The translations under genes were made by a program, and so were the position numbers. From contig JBDOQK010000057.1 of the NCBI GenBank assembly GCA_040437565.1, forward strand, positions 62,001 through 126,000: 64,000 bases of DNA. The letters run 5' to 3'. The DNA comes from Albugo candida. Its lineage: Eukaryota. Below, piece after piece: positions 25,701 through 40,009 of the stretch (position 1 is the first letter of the stretch; every line of letters starts with the position of its first letter). Under the pieces are notes generated by a model. It did no database searches and was not told the origin of the DNA. It worked only from the letters and a program-made list of their open reading frames with translations.

Positions 25701-28700
25701 GCTAAAGCGTTGCATATCATTGGACTTTTATTGTAAATCAAGTGGACGAAGTAGAGACGGTATGAAAACTCGAATGTAATCGATAAGAATAATGCGGCTA
25801 AAAACATGTAATTCATTTTCTCCGGAAGCTGATCATCACAAAAGAGTCAATTGAAGGTACCCTAAACAATTAAAAATGTCCAGTGGAGCTGTCGTGCAAG
25901 CATAACTTGCTTGACCAGCGAATAGGCAACTTACAGCCGAATATTGTGATAGATAGAGTTGATACGAGAGGCATGTAAGTCACTCGGCATGACTTAATCA
26001 ATACGGCAAAAGCTTCACAAAAGATATTGAACCATATAAACCTAGCTGATAGAAATGTGTGTTTCACAAGCTACCGCATTATAGAAAGCCTTTATACCCT
26101 GATATGCATCATCCTAAGACCAGTTTGGCTAACGCGTATCAATAAGACTCCTTAGACTCACTATAAAAAGGCGAAAACAAAATGCTTATTGATTCTCAGA
26201 CGCTATCGAAGACCTGTATCTTTTCATGACGTGAAGCAGACGAACTTCATTTTGACGAGATTCTTGATGTCAAGCAGTAATGTGATGGTTCGCCAATGAC
26301 TTGGACGTAGACGTAGATAAAGAACGCACTTTGCAATGACTAATTCTCTACGCCAGATTTCAAGTAAATATATACTGCACACAGAGAGTATCAAGTGATT
26401 TTTGAGCTAGTTGGGAATGAGTAAAAGAAGAGAAAGGGAGACATGTATCAAATAACTTGGGAAAGCGCCACATAAGAAATTCCTCAAATATGTATGTGAC
26501 AGGAATACTTTGTCCCTCAGTAGTCAGCATAGACTGAATATTGTTCAGAATCACAGCGTTGAAGCTTCATTTAGCACTAAACCAATTAGACTTCCGATCG
26601 GCGTTGCAAGTATCATATCTACACATCCCTATACTATAAGTTAGAATTGGTCCCGTAGTGATTAGTGATCAATATCAGACAACTTTCTGATATGGTACTT
26701 CATTTCTGGCACCGTTTTTATCACTATGCATCAAGCAAAATTTTGTAAAAAGAACATAATACGGCAGGTTCTTACGTGCTCAATATTTTACGCACCTTAC
26801 TTCGGTCTTCAACGTTGTATTCTGTCTAGGATGAATCGAGGAAGTCTGGTACTAATGATCGCTATTACTTACTTTGATATCTCTATCCTCAGATAGGGGT
26901 CAGCAAGGTGCCTCCAATGTACTTCATATGAAGAAAAAACTACCGAACGGACGGAAGAACAAACGTCAAATTTCCCCAGGATGTGCAACATGACCGTGAC
27001 AAAAATCATAGTATCGACTCATCTCAATTTTTTTTATCCCCAAAAAGGATTCATCTGACTCCAATATTTATCAAAACTCATTAATTTATCTTTGTTTTGA
27101 TTTACTGCTGCATTTATAGGCATCGCGGTGGGTGACGATATGTTGATGGCGATAATCATGACGCAAGCAGAAGATTTTTTGGGTTGTACAATATTGATTT
27201 ATATCATTTATGTAATTAAGCGAACGATGGACATTAGTTTTGACCAATATTCTTTTGCGTAGATGTCAACTAAAGCAAGGAGAAAAACAAGAGGTATCAG
27301 AAGTCTTGGTTTTTCTACATTCTCTTACCAGTCTTTCATGACTTACTCCAACAAATATGGCAGGAGATACGACACATTTATTTATTTGCTATACCACAGA
27401 ATTTGACTACACGTGATATTCGTTTTGTGAGGCACGTACATACGGTTCTTCTTAGAAAACATATCGTCTGACTAATCTCATTTATCCACACCAAATTTAC
27501 TGTTCTTGCGGCAAAAGATCTGCAAAAGAGATTTCAAATACATGATAAAACAACCAGAGTACTTTAATGTGAACAATTTGCGGTTGATGTGGCTGAAACA
27601 ACCAAAAGTGTTATCAACTAGCACAAAACTTTGAAGTCGTGAACTTGACATCCCATCGAGCATTCGAAACAGATAAATCGATTGAACATTATGATTAGAC
27701 TTGGGGGACGACCACTGCTAAAAACCGTCGTAATTTGTTCCATCATCTGAAGCGCACTGAAATGTAAAATTGATGATGTCCTGATAAAATTACGGCGATC
27801 CATCTGTTTTCAAATTATCATCTCTATTTGTTTTATGAATGTGTCATACTACAAGCTAGACGACGCAACGTTTTGGTTGAACAATGCAAATGACGCTTTG
27901 TTGAAACAAGCCACTCGATGAGCAAACAAAGATTTGTGTTTCCTAACAACAACCATTTGATGACATATCATTATTTTACTGCAAGAATAACTCATCAGGT
28001 TCAAATATCCGCGAATAGGCCCAATCGACTTTGACATATGAGCTATTCTAGCACTGTGTAGTAAGAATCACACTTGTTCTCACAGAAATCTGATCCTAAT
28101 TTTAAACCGATAAATGTGATTAAGACGGAGAAGCAAAATTCAGTATTGATCGATCGTTGTGCAGATTTCTCTGACGAATGAAAAGAAAAATAAGTAAGCG
28201 TCTTTTAATTACAACTTCCAAGCTAGCACTCTCAGCGTAAATTCGTCTCTACTGTGAAGTACATTTCAAGCATATTGCTAGTACAAATTTACGACACGTC
28301 AGCAAGACTATGTCTCATGGTACTCCTTCAAATAGTGCGCAATGACATAACTTTTTTCGATTCAATGCAAAGGGATTCTAGCAGTAGTGTCGGATGTTTC
28401 AACCTATTTTCTGATTGCAACATTTCGAAGGGTTGCTTTTCTGACAACTCATTCTCGTTTTGAAGCGCTTCCATCGGACTCCATCTTTTCTCGGCGATCC
28501 TTACTTGCTACGCGTGCAGTTTACGTCTTTTCTTTGCTTTTATCAGTGTACATGATAGCTTGTGGAATTGTGTCTCTATCACCTACCTCATTCATATTGG
28601 TGCATTGATATGGCTTTTCCTGACTGATCTCTGTTGTAAATTACTTCCAAATTGGGGTGACGTTTTACATAAATTGCAAAATGTGCACTTACTTAATCCA

Positions 28701-29055
28701 TTTTCAAATCCCTCCCAGAAAATAGATAATGTCCTCTGCTACTTACATTTGGAATTGAAGAAACAGCAAGAAATACCGGTACGAACAGTTAGACAAACTG
28801 CTGACTTCGTAACCCCGTATTCCTATCTTCATTATTTTTCTATAAAACAGATGACCGTTGAGCTGCAGTCTTACTTACCAAAGGAATATTTCAGTCGACA
28901 GAAAGCTTATAAAGGAAATCCCAACACCATGAAAATTCCGACAGCCCGACATCTCGTACAATAAGTACATTAGAAAATCTATGGACTAGAAATTGCTGGT
29001 TTTTGTACATGTACGAATATCAGTACAGAGCCTGCCCCGACCGATCAATAATGTG

Positions 29056-29800
29056 CTAACTGCTTCCAGTGACGTCGTACCCATTCCCACAGCACGTTCT
29101 CTCACTTCGTAGACGCATACGCGGTAAAACCATCCGCGTGAGGTCTAGCTCCCTGCTGTGAGCTTCGTTAACTGTGTGCGCGTGTATCTTCGAGCATATA
29201 TGTTTGTATATGCAGTTGTTGGTCTGATCATGAGTGCCTCCGTCGTTTTTGCTCTTGCTGCGAGCCAAATGAATACCAAAAGATTGCTTTCACACGCGAA
29301 TGTGTTCTTTTTTATAAGTTGATGAATGGAATGAATGAGCTCCGTGTGAGGCTACCTGTATTGCCTTAGACACTCCTTTAATAATGACTTGTGCAAAGTC
29401 AGGAGCTGGATCAACGATCGCGCCAGACTAGGGAAGACCACAATAGCGCTGAATTTTGCCGTTCAGCTCGCCGGATCGATGAAGCGCGCGCATGTGCTTC
29501 AGCACAGCATTGCCGATTTTTGAATGAATCCCGACCCCTCCGAGAAACGCTTGTTGGTAGTAATACATGCTATAGTGTCTAGCAAGTGGCTTCCCAGCTC
29601 TGCCTTCGTGAAAGGCAAGATACATACCGAACTTATCCATTAGAGACATGAAGCGCTGTCCAGAGTCGCCCACTGAATGTATACTTGACATACTCTAGAC
29701 AAGTATTCTCTCAGCCTGGAGAGACCTCGCGGATGCCTTCGAGGCAGTCGCTCTGACTAGCTTAGAGGTTTTTGTCTGCATATCGGCCCAGCTCACCTGA
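29056..29800 (-). mobile_element. Internally deleted remnant of an oomycete repeat protein family, possibly tyrosine-recombinase (CryptonS-like) related
   Basis: RATASKASARSLQAE...GQRFMSLMDKFGMYLAFHEGRAGKPLARH is directly followed by NAVLKHMRALHRSGELN...GAIVDPAP. I recall both blocks from a high-copy Phytophthora repeat protein. No recombinase core is visible here. Confidence 0.5.
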
Positions 29801-32435
29801 AGTCGGACAGCACGCAAACTTGCAAATGATACACCAGTAACTTGGCGTTTATATTGACATACACATATACGACGTTCTCCTCCGACCGGATACGTCATAA
29901 CGGCTCGTGTATCGTACTTCCCTACCCCTACACGTCTTTGTTGGCGAAAAAAATAATTTCATATACTCCGATAGTAAATAAAAAATTCTTAATATGATTC
30001 TATTAGCTCGTCCGCCTTATACAAACACTATGTCAGTTCGAAGAAGTGGCGATATTCATGTATACAGATATCTTACTCATCTCTCCAATTTGACGAGGGG
30101 AAGCATTTTGACTGGCTGTAATTGGTATTTTTGTCGCAGGACGGTATAAGCAACCATCTCCAAGGACGACATCGAAGATGGTACGTGAGAAAGTTATTTA
30201 TGCCTTATCAATCAGCGTACTAAAATCAATAACAGTGTACGCTGGAAAATTCACGACGAGTGGATGAAAGTTTTCTACCAGATTGGGTAGAAGCACGATA
30301 TTTCTCCGCTCGTTTTTGAGAACTGTGTAGCTACTTTACTACACGGCGGACAACTTTGATATGCTGTAAGAAAACTCATCTCTAGATTGTGATTTATCTG
30401 ATACATGACAGAAAAGCGGATGTCAGAAGGGCGACCGAAGACGGGTTCTGCTTCTTGTACCTTCCGTCTGATAATACCACTCCAATTCAATGATAGTCGT
30501 TGATATGTCTCAAAAACTGTGTTATCGGACCTTGCATTTTGACATCACGTTGCCTTCAGGAAAGAAGTCACGAAAGCTTTATTTATTACTGATCAAAGAA
30601 GAAATTCTGCTGACTCAATCGGTTTATAAGCTGGTTTAAGTCGCATTCTCTTTGCTGCATACAATTCAAGTCTAAGCTCCTTATAATTGACGATGCGACA
30701 GGCATTCGAACTCATTTTTAAAAGACCAATTCACGACAACCAATTTGATTATATTTTCGAATTTGCAAATGCCAATCTGTATTATGGTAGGCTTATTCGA
30801 CTACGTATTATACGGCAGCCACTTATCGCTTTTCTAGAGCGGACACATAATGTTTGTGCTATCAAGATGTATTTATGAGCTATCTCTTGCATCAACACGC
30901 CTTTCTGCATTGCATTTAGCAGTCCCTCAAAAGATAAGATAAGAAAAAGCATAATCGAGCTAATCAGACTCAATTACTTTAGTACGAGCATATTCGCGGC
31001 AAGAAAATCTTATCCTCCAATGTAAAGCTTTCTGATAAATGCTTTTACGATGCAATTTTTCAACCAATCCTCTGAATCGTTACCCGTGTTTTTTGTCCTT
31101 TATTCTGACTGTGCTCTTCATCTCTTTTTCTATTTAATGAGCACATCTAGCGTCTCCGTGTACGCAAATAGTTTGAAATCTTCCCCTTATAATGTATAAA
31201 TATCTGCAGACGGTACGTGCATGCACTCTTCAGACTTTTTAAATATTTTTTTGTTTTGGATTGCCTCACTTTTTTCTTTCTTTGAATCATTATGTACTGT
31301 GGTTGTTGGTATGAAGCACTCGAATCAGCTGTGTCGAATTTCTGGGTTTTAAAAAAAATTTCGCTTATCTTTGCAATTTAGGCAGAAGAAAATAAAAATC
31401 CCTGACCGCCGTGTCATGACTGCACATTCTCAGAAGCTCAAGGGATGTGTTGCTTTATGTGCTTTCTGTATAACGAGCTTTTTATTTCTTTTGGTGTACA
31501 CGATCCACTGCATCGTAATATTAAGCAATTTAATGTGCATAAGCGACGCACTGTTGACACGGACATTTTCTGTATACCTCTACCAGACGAATGTACTAAT
31601 CTATATTTCAAAAATCCATTTTTATTTTCAAAGCGAGCTAAGCAACGAAACGAAAACGGGAGCTCCATGTTGACCAACATAGATTCGAATTGAGTATGAG
31701 ACGTTCAATCTTTCATTAAACAACTATAACGACGTGAAACGCTTGCCAAAAGTATAAAAATTGGAGACATAGGTAAAATGGGGGACCTGGGGTCCCGTCT
31801 CGCTAATTGGCGTTTTCAGTGAGAATTTGATATTGCGAAAATAATATTGTAGCAGTTGGCTTTATTACGTGCCTGATATATAACCCGTGCCATAACAAAA
31901 CAAATTTCAAAATCGAAAATAAGATCGTGATAAAGTTCCGGGTGCCTTGATGATAGGATTATTGAAATAGACGACCAGAAACCACAACCTTGATAATTGA
32001 GCAAAACGTTTGTTGAGTTTGATTTGCTGGTTGGTAATTCAAAGTCACCATTACTAGAATTAGAAGACGACCAAAACTTAGAACTTAGGGTCCTACATAA
32101 CCTTAAATGTTGTTTCGATAACACACTGATCAAAAAAGACAAAACAAATTGTTCTGCAGAGCTTAATGATCTAACGTGGATTGACATTCAACTTGAGATA
32201 AGAAATTAGAAGAAGATGTAAGCTATTTGCATAATCTGATTTATAATTTTCAGCTTCCTTGAGATGAGAAAATTTCTATGCTTGTGATTAACAAACTCTA
32301 CTTTTGAACTTTCAAAACGATCCCATCTCATGACCATGGAGAGCATGACTATTTGACGCTTTATTTCTCCTATGCACCCCAGTGACTCTAGCTTTTAGCA
32401 AAGACATTCATAACGAAAAAATTGTGTATCCAGCT

Positions 32436-33225
32436 ACTCACCAAAAAGTGGCACCTTTAAAGAGGTGATACTATCGGAGCATCCATTATCCGACATCAAC
32501 GAATTATTGGATAACAGGCCAGTAACGCAGCAGATCTGTCCCTTCAAGCATACAAATTTTGCCTTTACATAGTGAGCGTCGATAAAACTCGACGTACGTA
32601 ACCTGTAACTGAACACGTCATTCTCGCGCATCCCACATTGAAATATATGATGAATGATTCGAAAATACTAGCAAAATCGATCGTTTTTGCGAAACACAAC
32701 AATCTAAACAGTAGCATGGACGGGATCAGGTAAAGCTGCTTTATTCATTATCGGCGCTACTAAGCACCCACAGACCCAATATTTGATATTTCTTAGTCAT
32801 GATGAGAATGAAAATAAGAAAATGCCTTTTTTTGATATGATGACTTCAATTCAAAAAGTCCACAAAAGCACCTTGGTATCGCAACTAATTAGAACAAGCG
32901 CACTAGCAGTAGACACTATCAAGTAGAGCTTTTCGTGATTTCAGAGGATGTTCGTACTCTACTACCACTATACTTTGATGAAGAGTGCCTTTCAACATAG
33001 GCATTGCAAAAGATCCACATTAAACGTTACGTAAGTTCATCTCGTGATGGATGTGCGCGATGCATTTGGAATTTTGGTCAGCGCACTATGTAAAGGCCAG
33101 ATTTGTATTCTTGAAGAAACAGATCTTCTGAGTTACTGGCCTGTTATCCCGTAATTTGTTGATATCCGACACTGGATGCCACTGATAGTAACACCTCTTT
33201 GTAAGTGTCACTTTCTTGGTGAATT
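32436..33225. repeat. Diverged inverted duplication (arms ~32436-32590 and ~33070-33225)
   Basis: The reverse complement of the left arm aligns with the right arm (CACTATGTAAAGGC, ATTTGTAT.CTTGAAG, ACAGATCT.CTG.GTTACTGGCCTGTTATCC, GATAGTA.CACCTCTTT). Confidence 0.85.
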
Positions 33226-36200
33226 GTCAATATAAGCTTCCTTTAGTTTATGATTTTCTGGCCATTTTCAGCTTACGCAGTCACGATCGTTTCCTAGTTT
33301 TTGATAGTATTTGCGATTTGAGTGGAGAAATTCTTTCTAGATGATGTTTTCTATCGCCAAAGGAAGCATTGACGTTGCATCACATTTTGCCAAATTTTGT
33401 GCGATCCCGGCATGTTTTGGTGGTCTCAATGACTGTAATACTCTCCTCTTCTTTAACCAAGTTGAAAAAGAGCTAATATTTGCAAGAAAGGTTCCTAAAA
33501 TCAATCTCATCTTAAAGGTTTTTGGGTAGGAAGCACCCGCGATTGCTTTATTTTCATCGCGGAAGATCCTTTATGATGGTTAGCTATCCGGGCTAGTATT
33601 TTATAAGACTCAGAACATTTATGGGGAGTTCTGAACGCAAATGCACGTCCAAAAATCAATTGTATGCGGTTCAAGCATTGCAACTAGTTGAACAGTCGTG
33701 TATAAATATTCTTGTAGTAATGTGTTGCGTAAATGATAGTATGTGGGGTTGCTGACTCAAGATTCGTGATTATGCGGTAAAGTAGAAGTTACATTGAATT
33801 GATCGTTTCTATAATTCCAAATATTTGACGCGCTTAATGCAAACATATGAAGACATCATGGAGACTTATCGAGCAGGTATATGGACGGATTCTGCCTAGT
33901 TATCTAGCGGATATTGGGAACGGAGCCGAAAGTTCTGTTTTGCGTGTATATTTGATACCTTCGGGCAATGCGATAAGAAAAAATGCGGTAAAGTAAAGAT
34001 GATGATAAAAGAAACGTTAACCCAGATGATAATGATCTAATCCAATTCAACCATTTTATATGGCTACAATGAGCTGTAGAACTTGCTTCTCTGAGATTAA
34101 ACTTGTCGAACTACATTTCTCTACATCCAAGTGCGAATTTTGTCACAACTGACATTAATTTGTTTGCCGAAAAAAAGGGTGGAGAAAGACAATCGGATTA
34201 GTAGAAATCTTTTGTCGGAACGCAGGTTTGCAAGTAAAATAGATCCTATAATTAGCATATTTGAGTATCCGGACCATTCATCATGTGAATAATTCTCAAT
34301 GAGCAACTTGGTTAACAAAGGCTAAATACCTTCCACATCATACAAAAAATTTGACAAATATTATCCGTACTGATTCTAAAGAATCTATTCCTCCGCTCTT
34401 ATACTTCTACAAATGCCAAGACTCCGGATGGTAGTCCGTAAATCCATAAGATATGAATATGTTCCGTTTGGTGGAATCAGCATCGACCGCAGGGCAAAAC
34501 ATTCCATGAAATCATGAGGAAAACCGTATCATGCTATTATAGATGAATATTAGCCCAAACCGATACTACAACCGTATTCATGTTTCAAGATTTATAGTAA
34601 CTGTGTTCAAATATAAAGACACTTCGTTTTTTTAATGATCTATATATATAGTACACGAGGAATTCTCGGATAATAGACGCTTACATTGATACCAAATCTC
34701 ATGGTTTTCCGTCATTATGTACCAATGTATGGGTCCACGATGATTGTATGAATCTGTAGCTCTGTACAAGTCCTCGTCAAAAACAAACATACATTGAGAA
34801 ATCCAGCGATTCGTAAATAATCAATAGACATGCAAAAAGGGCCACATGCATGATCCGAAGAATCTATAGAATGTTATCCTATCATAGAATATAATTCGGA
34901 GATACTGGAGGCCGTTGAATTATGGTGTGGAATATATATATATATTTATATAAGGAGCGTTTCAATAAGAAACATCGTATCTGCACTCCTCATTTTGTTG
35001 CAACAATTTAGACAGCTCAATTTCACTTTTAACCTTGGAACAAGCAATGTAGATGCTCCTCTAGACTTTCACTACCAAGATATCACCTGCCTAGAGCCCG
35101 AAGTTGTTTTTTTGCACCCAATGAATCGCAGCGGAACTGAAAGTATCATTTTTTGTATCTGACAGCTCTAAGCGATTCTGCTCCGAAAGAGAACCTTCAA
35201 CATCACCGAAGATACAAAAAAAATGTTTTTATTATTTTGGATGTAAAGATCATTGATCAACTTTTCTTTTCTTAGTAATGCTGTCAGCAGATGATACATT
35301 TTTAGAATGCTCAGCCACATCAGCACAATCATGGTGTTTGACTTCACCTAAACTCTCTTCCAGCTGTTGGACACGTTGCTCAGTATCGCAATTGTACTTA
35401 ACTTTTCCTCAACAGCCTTTGAGAGTTGCTTTACCGAATTTTCAAAGCATTGAGTTCGGACTTGATCCTCCTTCTCTAGGACGACTAATTGATTTCTTAT
35501 ACTCCTCCCTTCATTCGCATGTTGCCTCAACTCAGTCAATCCTGCAAAAAAACATTCCAAAACTTTTCGATCAACTAGCATATCCTTTCCACTTCCCTGC
35601 CCTTCCAGTGGAGGATTAGAACTCATGTTTCTGAACAGAGTAAAATTGAAAAGTGATCTCATTGTTATTATTAAGAAAAAACGCAGATTCTATTCCGAAG
35701 ACGACTAAAAACAGCAGTTTCTGTTTTCTACAGAAAGAAAACCCAATCGGATTCCGTTCCATAAAATTTATGGAACGCAACACTTTCTGTTTCGAAACGT
35801 TAGAATCCTTTTCTTAATTCCAGCGAAATATGGAAAAAACGCCTTTGTAACCCAAAATGTCAGAAGCGTTTTTTTGTCTTCCATAAAATATGGAAAGGAT
35901 GGCATTTATTCGAAACGTTGAGACTGATATTTATAGAAAGTTGATAAGTATTTGTCTGTTCCGCGAAGCTCGAGCCGTTATTCCCTTTCCTTATCGGGAA
36001 TTTGTTCAAGTGTTGCGCAAGCTTTCAAGCATTTCTTTTCGCTCCACAGAAAAAAATATTGCGCGTTCAGCACAGAGACCAGAGTGCTCAATTCCCTTTC
36101 CTGCAAATGACCAATAAACTTGAAACGTGGAATTATCAAATTCTATTTGAAGTTTAAAAAAGAATAGCATTTTATAGAACGAGCTAATTTTTCTTTCAGA

Positions 36201-38259
36201 TATCTTTTCAGAAAAGGTGGAAAGGTCTTTTTCTGTCTCAAAACGTTCGAAGCGTTAGTTTTCTATTTTTGCGGAACAAAATGTGCATTTGTTGCGCAAT
36301 CTTTTCAGTGTTTCCTTCCATTCCATAACAAAAAGCAAGTTTGCGTTTGGCTCTCATAGAAGGAAGTGACAGCTTTTATTTTTGTATGTGACAAAGGGAG
36401 GTAGAATTTTCAAGAACCGAATCAAAATCTTGCAACCCATGTAAGATGTTATCACCCGTCTATTGCAATGTTCCAGAACTGCTAAGAAACTTAAATCGCT
36501 CCTCTCTGTAGAATGAAAGAAGAGTCACGTCTGCGTGGATGAAAAAGCGCTGGAGCAAAATTCTGGTTAGTTGTATATAAATTCACTACAGTAGATGGTT
36601 TCAAAGCTCATTTCAATCATTCTGTTCCAGAATTGCGAATATGAAGATCATCAGCATCCATTGAAACCGCATCTATAGGAAGACAAGACAGTAATTTTTC
36701 GGATTTCGTTGATTATCGACTTTTAAACATGTAATGATAAAATGCCCTTTAAACCGTAATATTATAGTCGTAGAAGCACATAGGAGAAAAATGAAATAAA
36801 TTGCATTTAAGTTTCTGTAAACCATTGCGGAAGCGGAATACTGCAACGATTACTGAACAAGTCATCCAAGAACTAGAAGACCCATAAAGGTACAGGGTCA
36901 CATCAGCTTACAATGTATGCTGTAAAACTTAAAGGTCGTCTGCTTCAGCTCAGATATTTTGATTTGATGTCATTTCCTGAGATAAGTGAGGCTCGTCCCA
37001 TATATAGAATTTTCGACAGAATCTAGTGAGGGGACAGATGGTAGCCCATTTCAAGTACAAAAAGTTATCTCAATACAAAAAACCTTCACGTCCCATGATT
37101 TTATCGAAACGGTTAATTTAGCATCATAGTGTTATAGCAACCTGTTGAAGGGTACAATTATCAATTAGAAAGACTGCCTTCACGGGCACTGGACATTTTC
37201 TTGTTTTCTTTCCTGAATCACCTCACGACGATGTTCAAGTAAAAACCGCGTACGCTAGGAAGAATGATTAACGCGCAAAGAGTAAGTAGCGTATGCAGCT
37301 AGAATAGTACAGGCAAGCAAGTTTGATGGTGTCGTGCATCATGTACATGTCTCTAGTAAAGAATTGTTTCCTAATATATTGACCTATATATTCTATTCGG
37401 CTAATCTCAAGTAAGAACCTCTCAATGCTGCGTTGTGTTTCACTAGTGCAGGCAGGGAACAATTTTACAGAAGCGCTTCTAGTTCTGTAGAAGTAACTAT
37501 TTCGTTCCAACAGATACCGACGCAGCAACTTCGTAAGAATCTGAACTCATATCGACCGCAAATCTTCCATGACGGTTTTCTACATATGTTTCTACACCAT
37601 GATCATCTAAAGAAAGTTTTGTGCTGAGCGTGTAAGAATGGCTTTTCAAATGCTTCGACGACGCCATAAATATAAACGCATATTGAGAACGAGTAATACA
37701 AATGAAAACCAACATTTAGTGGGGCATTCGCTGTCAGTTTGCTTTTACCAGTTCAAACATCTGATGAAGATTGATTTAGTTATCATCATCGCCGACGATA
37801 CTTGCATACGATTTTATATACCAAGTCATTTTCATCAGTGTGTAACTCCGAGAAGATCCCATACAGTTCAGGTATATAGAGAGCGATAAGATGAATAAAT
37901 ACGATTGTTACAAAGCGATTAGGTATTACATCATTCTCCTACTGGGAGTTTAATTTAGCTAGCTACAAAAATTACAATAAAAGCAAGATATGCGCGATCG
38001 CTGGACTATGTTATTATCCCGATTTTCTTTCTGATTTCCATCAAGGTATTGTGCAGGATGCATCATAAATTCGGATGTCTTGGGTGCAATTCAAATACAT
38101 TTCTAGATTCTGCGCCGATTAAAAAAAGTGGCATCATTAAGAGCGGCCGAGAAAAAATTAATCGCATCCTTTGCCGAGCGTGCCTCTTCGGTGCATCGTG
38201 AATCAGGAAAAGAAAAGCCAAACGCTATTCCGACTGCTTCGTTCGATGAGATCCTCAGA

Positions 38260-39600
38260 CTTTGAAACCAAGAAAAGCAGACGAAGGACTGTCATCAAAC
38301 GGCCACTGCGATTCCGATTTTAATATAGAAGCACTGTTGTGGTCACTGAGAAACATTTTGCATTTCTTTAATGTGAGCATAATTATTGAACGAAACAAAT
38401 CCAGCCAATTGAACATGATCAAATCACCAAAACGAGCGAATGTTTCATCCCAACATACGGTCCGAACTGTTCGTAAAGCAAGGAGTGCTTTTGTTTAACG
38501 TGACACAGTTCAGATTAGTACAATAAAGGCAAGTTCCGACAACATGGATAGTGACAACAGGATTGAAAAAAAAGAGATTCCTAGTTCGAAGTATGAATGA
38601 CAAAAAGGTGAACAACAAGATTAAGAAAAAGAAGAAATCAACCAAAATGAGTGACTGAAACGAGCATGTGATCTCAGTACCTCAAAGCGCCGTCATTTTA
38701 ATGAAAATATACAAATATATCGGAAAGGCAAACGTGATTTTGAAAGCTCAAATAAAGCAGCAAAAGGATCAATCGACATCATTGGAGTTTAAAATGAGCA
38801 AGTACTCACTCATCTGCTTGAGCTAGACCTTTTTCACGATTTAATTATCGATCATGACTAGAAGGAAGCCGATTGAGAGAAAGAAGTGAGTCTCTCAACT
38901 TCGAAGTCGACGCTCCAAATGAAGTGATATTGGAGGAACTTGCGCAGGTCTAAAGATAGAGCGCTTACTGGCAACACCAGAGGCTCGGAAGATACAAGTA
39001 TCTCGTAAGATCACCAACTACATGGTCGTAGTGTAGCCTCCTCATCTGAAATTTTCAATATCATTGCACAATCAAGAGCGTGTCGTCAATAACTGAAGAG
39101 CTACGCTCACATACCAATGACTGCGAGCAATAACAGGCTCAATTCGAACGAGAGAAGATGTATTAGGAAATAAAAGTCATGCAGATAGTGACATGCAGAA
39201 TAGGAAAAATAGTATCAGCTAATGGAGCAAGTTCCATCAGAAGCGATTAAGTAAGTGCGAGTCAAGCGACTTTAATATAGCTACAACGAGCACTAAAAGA
39301 GTTGCGGCACCAGCAGAGATGCTTTTCAAGGCAAGTCACAGGATGGATCAATGTTAGTGAAACGACAATTATCAGACGTCAGAAAGAAAACTGAAATCTG
39401 AGACCAAGAGGAAGTGAAATGTTCGCTCCAAGGAATCTATTCAAGTCACTAACCTGCAAAAATGATCAAATCGTATCGGAGACGAATGCGTTGAAGAAAA
39501 ACTACTCGCCTTGCAAGACCAACTATACGATTAGTGAGACCGAGTTCTCTTGTCGCCTGATGAGTACAGTAAGTGCAAATCAGAGAGCAACAAGACACGC
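38260..39600 (+). pseudogene. Decayed coiled-coil / low-complexity protein gene
   Basis: Purine-rich K/E/Q-coding fragments on the + strand with many stops and frameshifts. Confidence 0.3.
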
Positions 39601-39990
39601 TTGGGTCGAAGGGAAGATCACTACAACGCATCTGAACCCTTCGAGGAAATTTGTTTGGTTGTTCCGGACGTGTTCGAACAGGAGGGAAAGCCTTCGAAAA
39701 GAAAGATGCGGCGAAACTCAAGCGAGAGCGGCTGAGAAAGATGGTCAGAAGAAGTGTTGAGAATGTGTGAATCAAGTTTCCGGATGATGTTACAACGCAT
39801 CTGAAACCTTAGAGGAAATGCGTTTGGCTGTTCATGAAGTGTTTGAACAGGAGGGGAAGACTTCGACAAGAAAGATTGAAATGAATTAAAGCAATATCAG
39901 CATAGGGAGAGGGGTCAGAAGATGAGGTAAATATGTTTGAATAAAGTTTTCTTCTGATGGTTTTACCACGCATGTGAAACCTTAGAGGTG
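39600..39990. repeat. Degenerate tandem repeat, 169-173-bp unit, ~2.3 copies
   Basis: TAC(A/C)ACGCAT(C/G)TGAA at 39622, 39791 and 39964. GAACAGGAGGG and GGTCAGAAGA each occur twice. Confidence 0.85.
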
Positions 39991-40009
39991 TAGTTTGACA
40001 AAGACGAAA

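Noticed and set aside
26900-28960. Possible DDE transposase remnant
   Set aside because: No catalytic motifs or terminal inverted repeats were identified; left unannotated.
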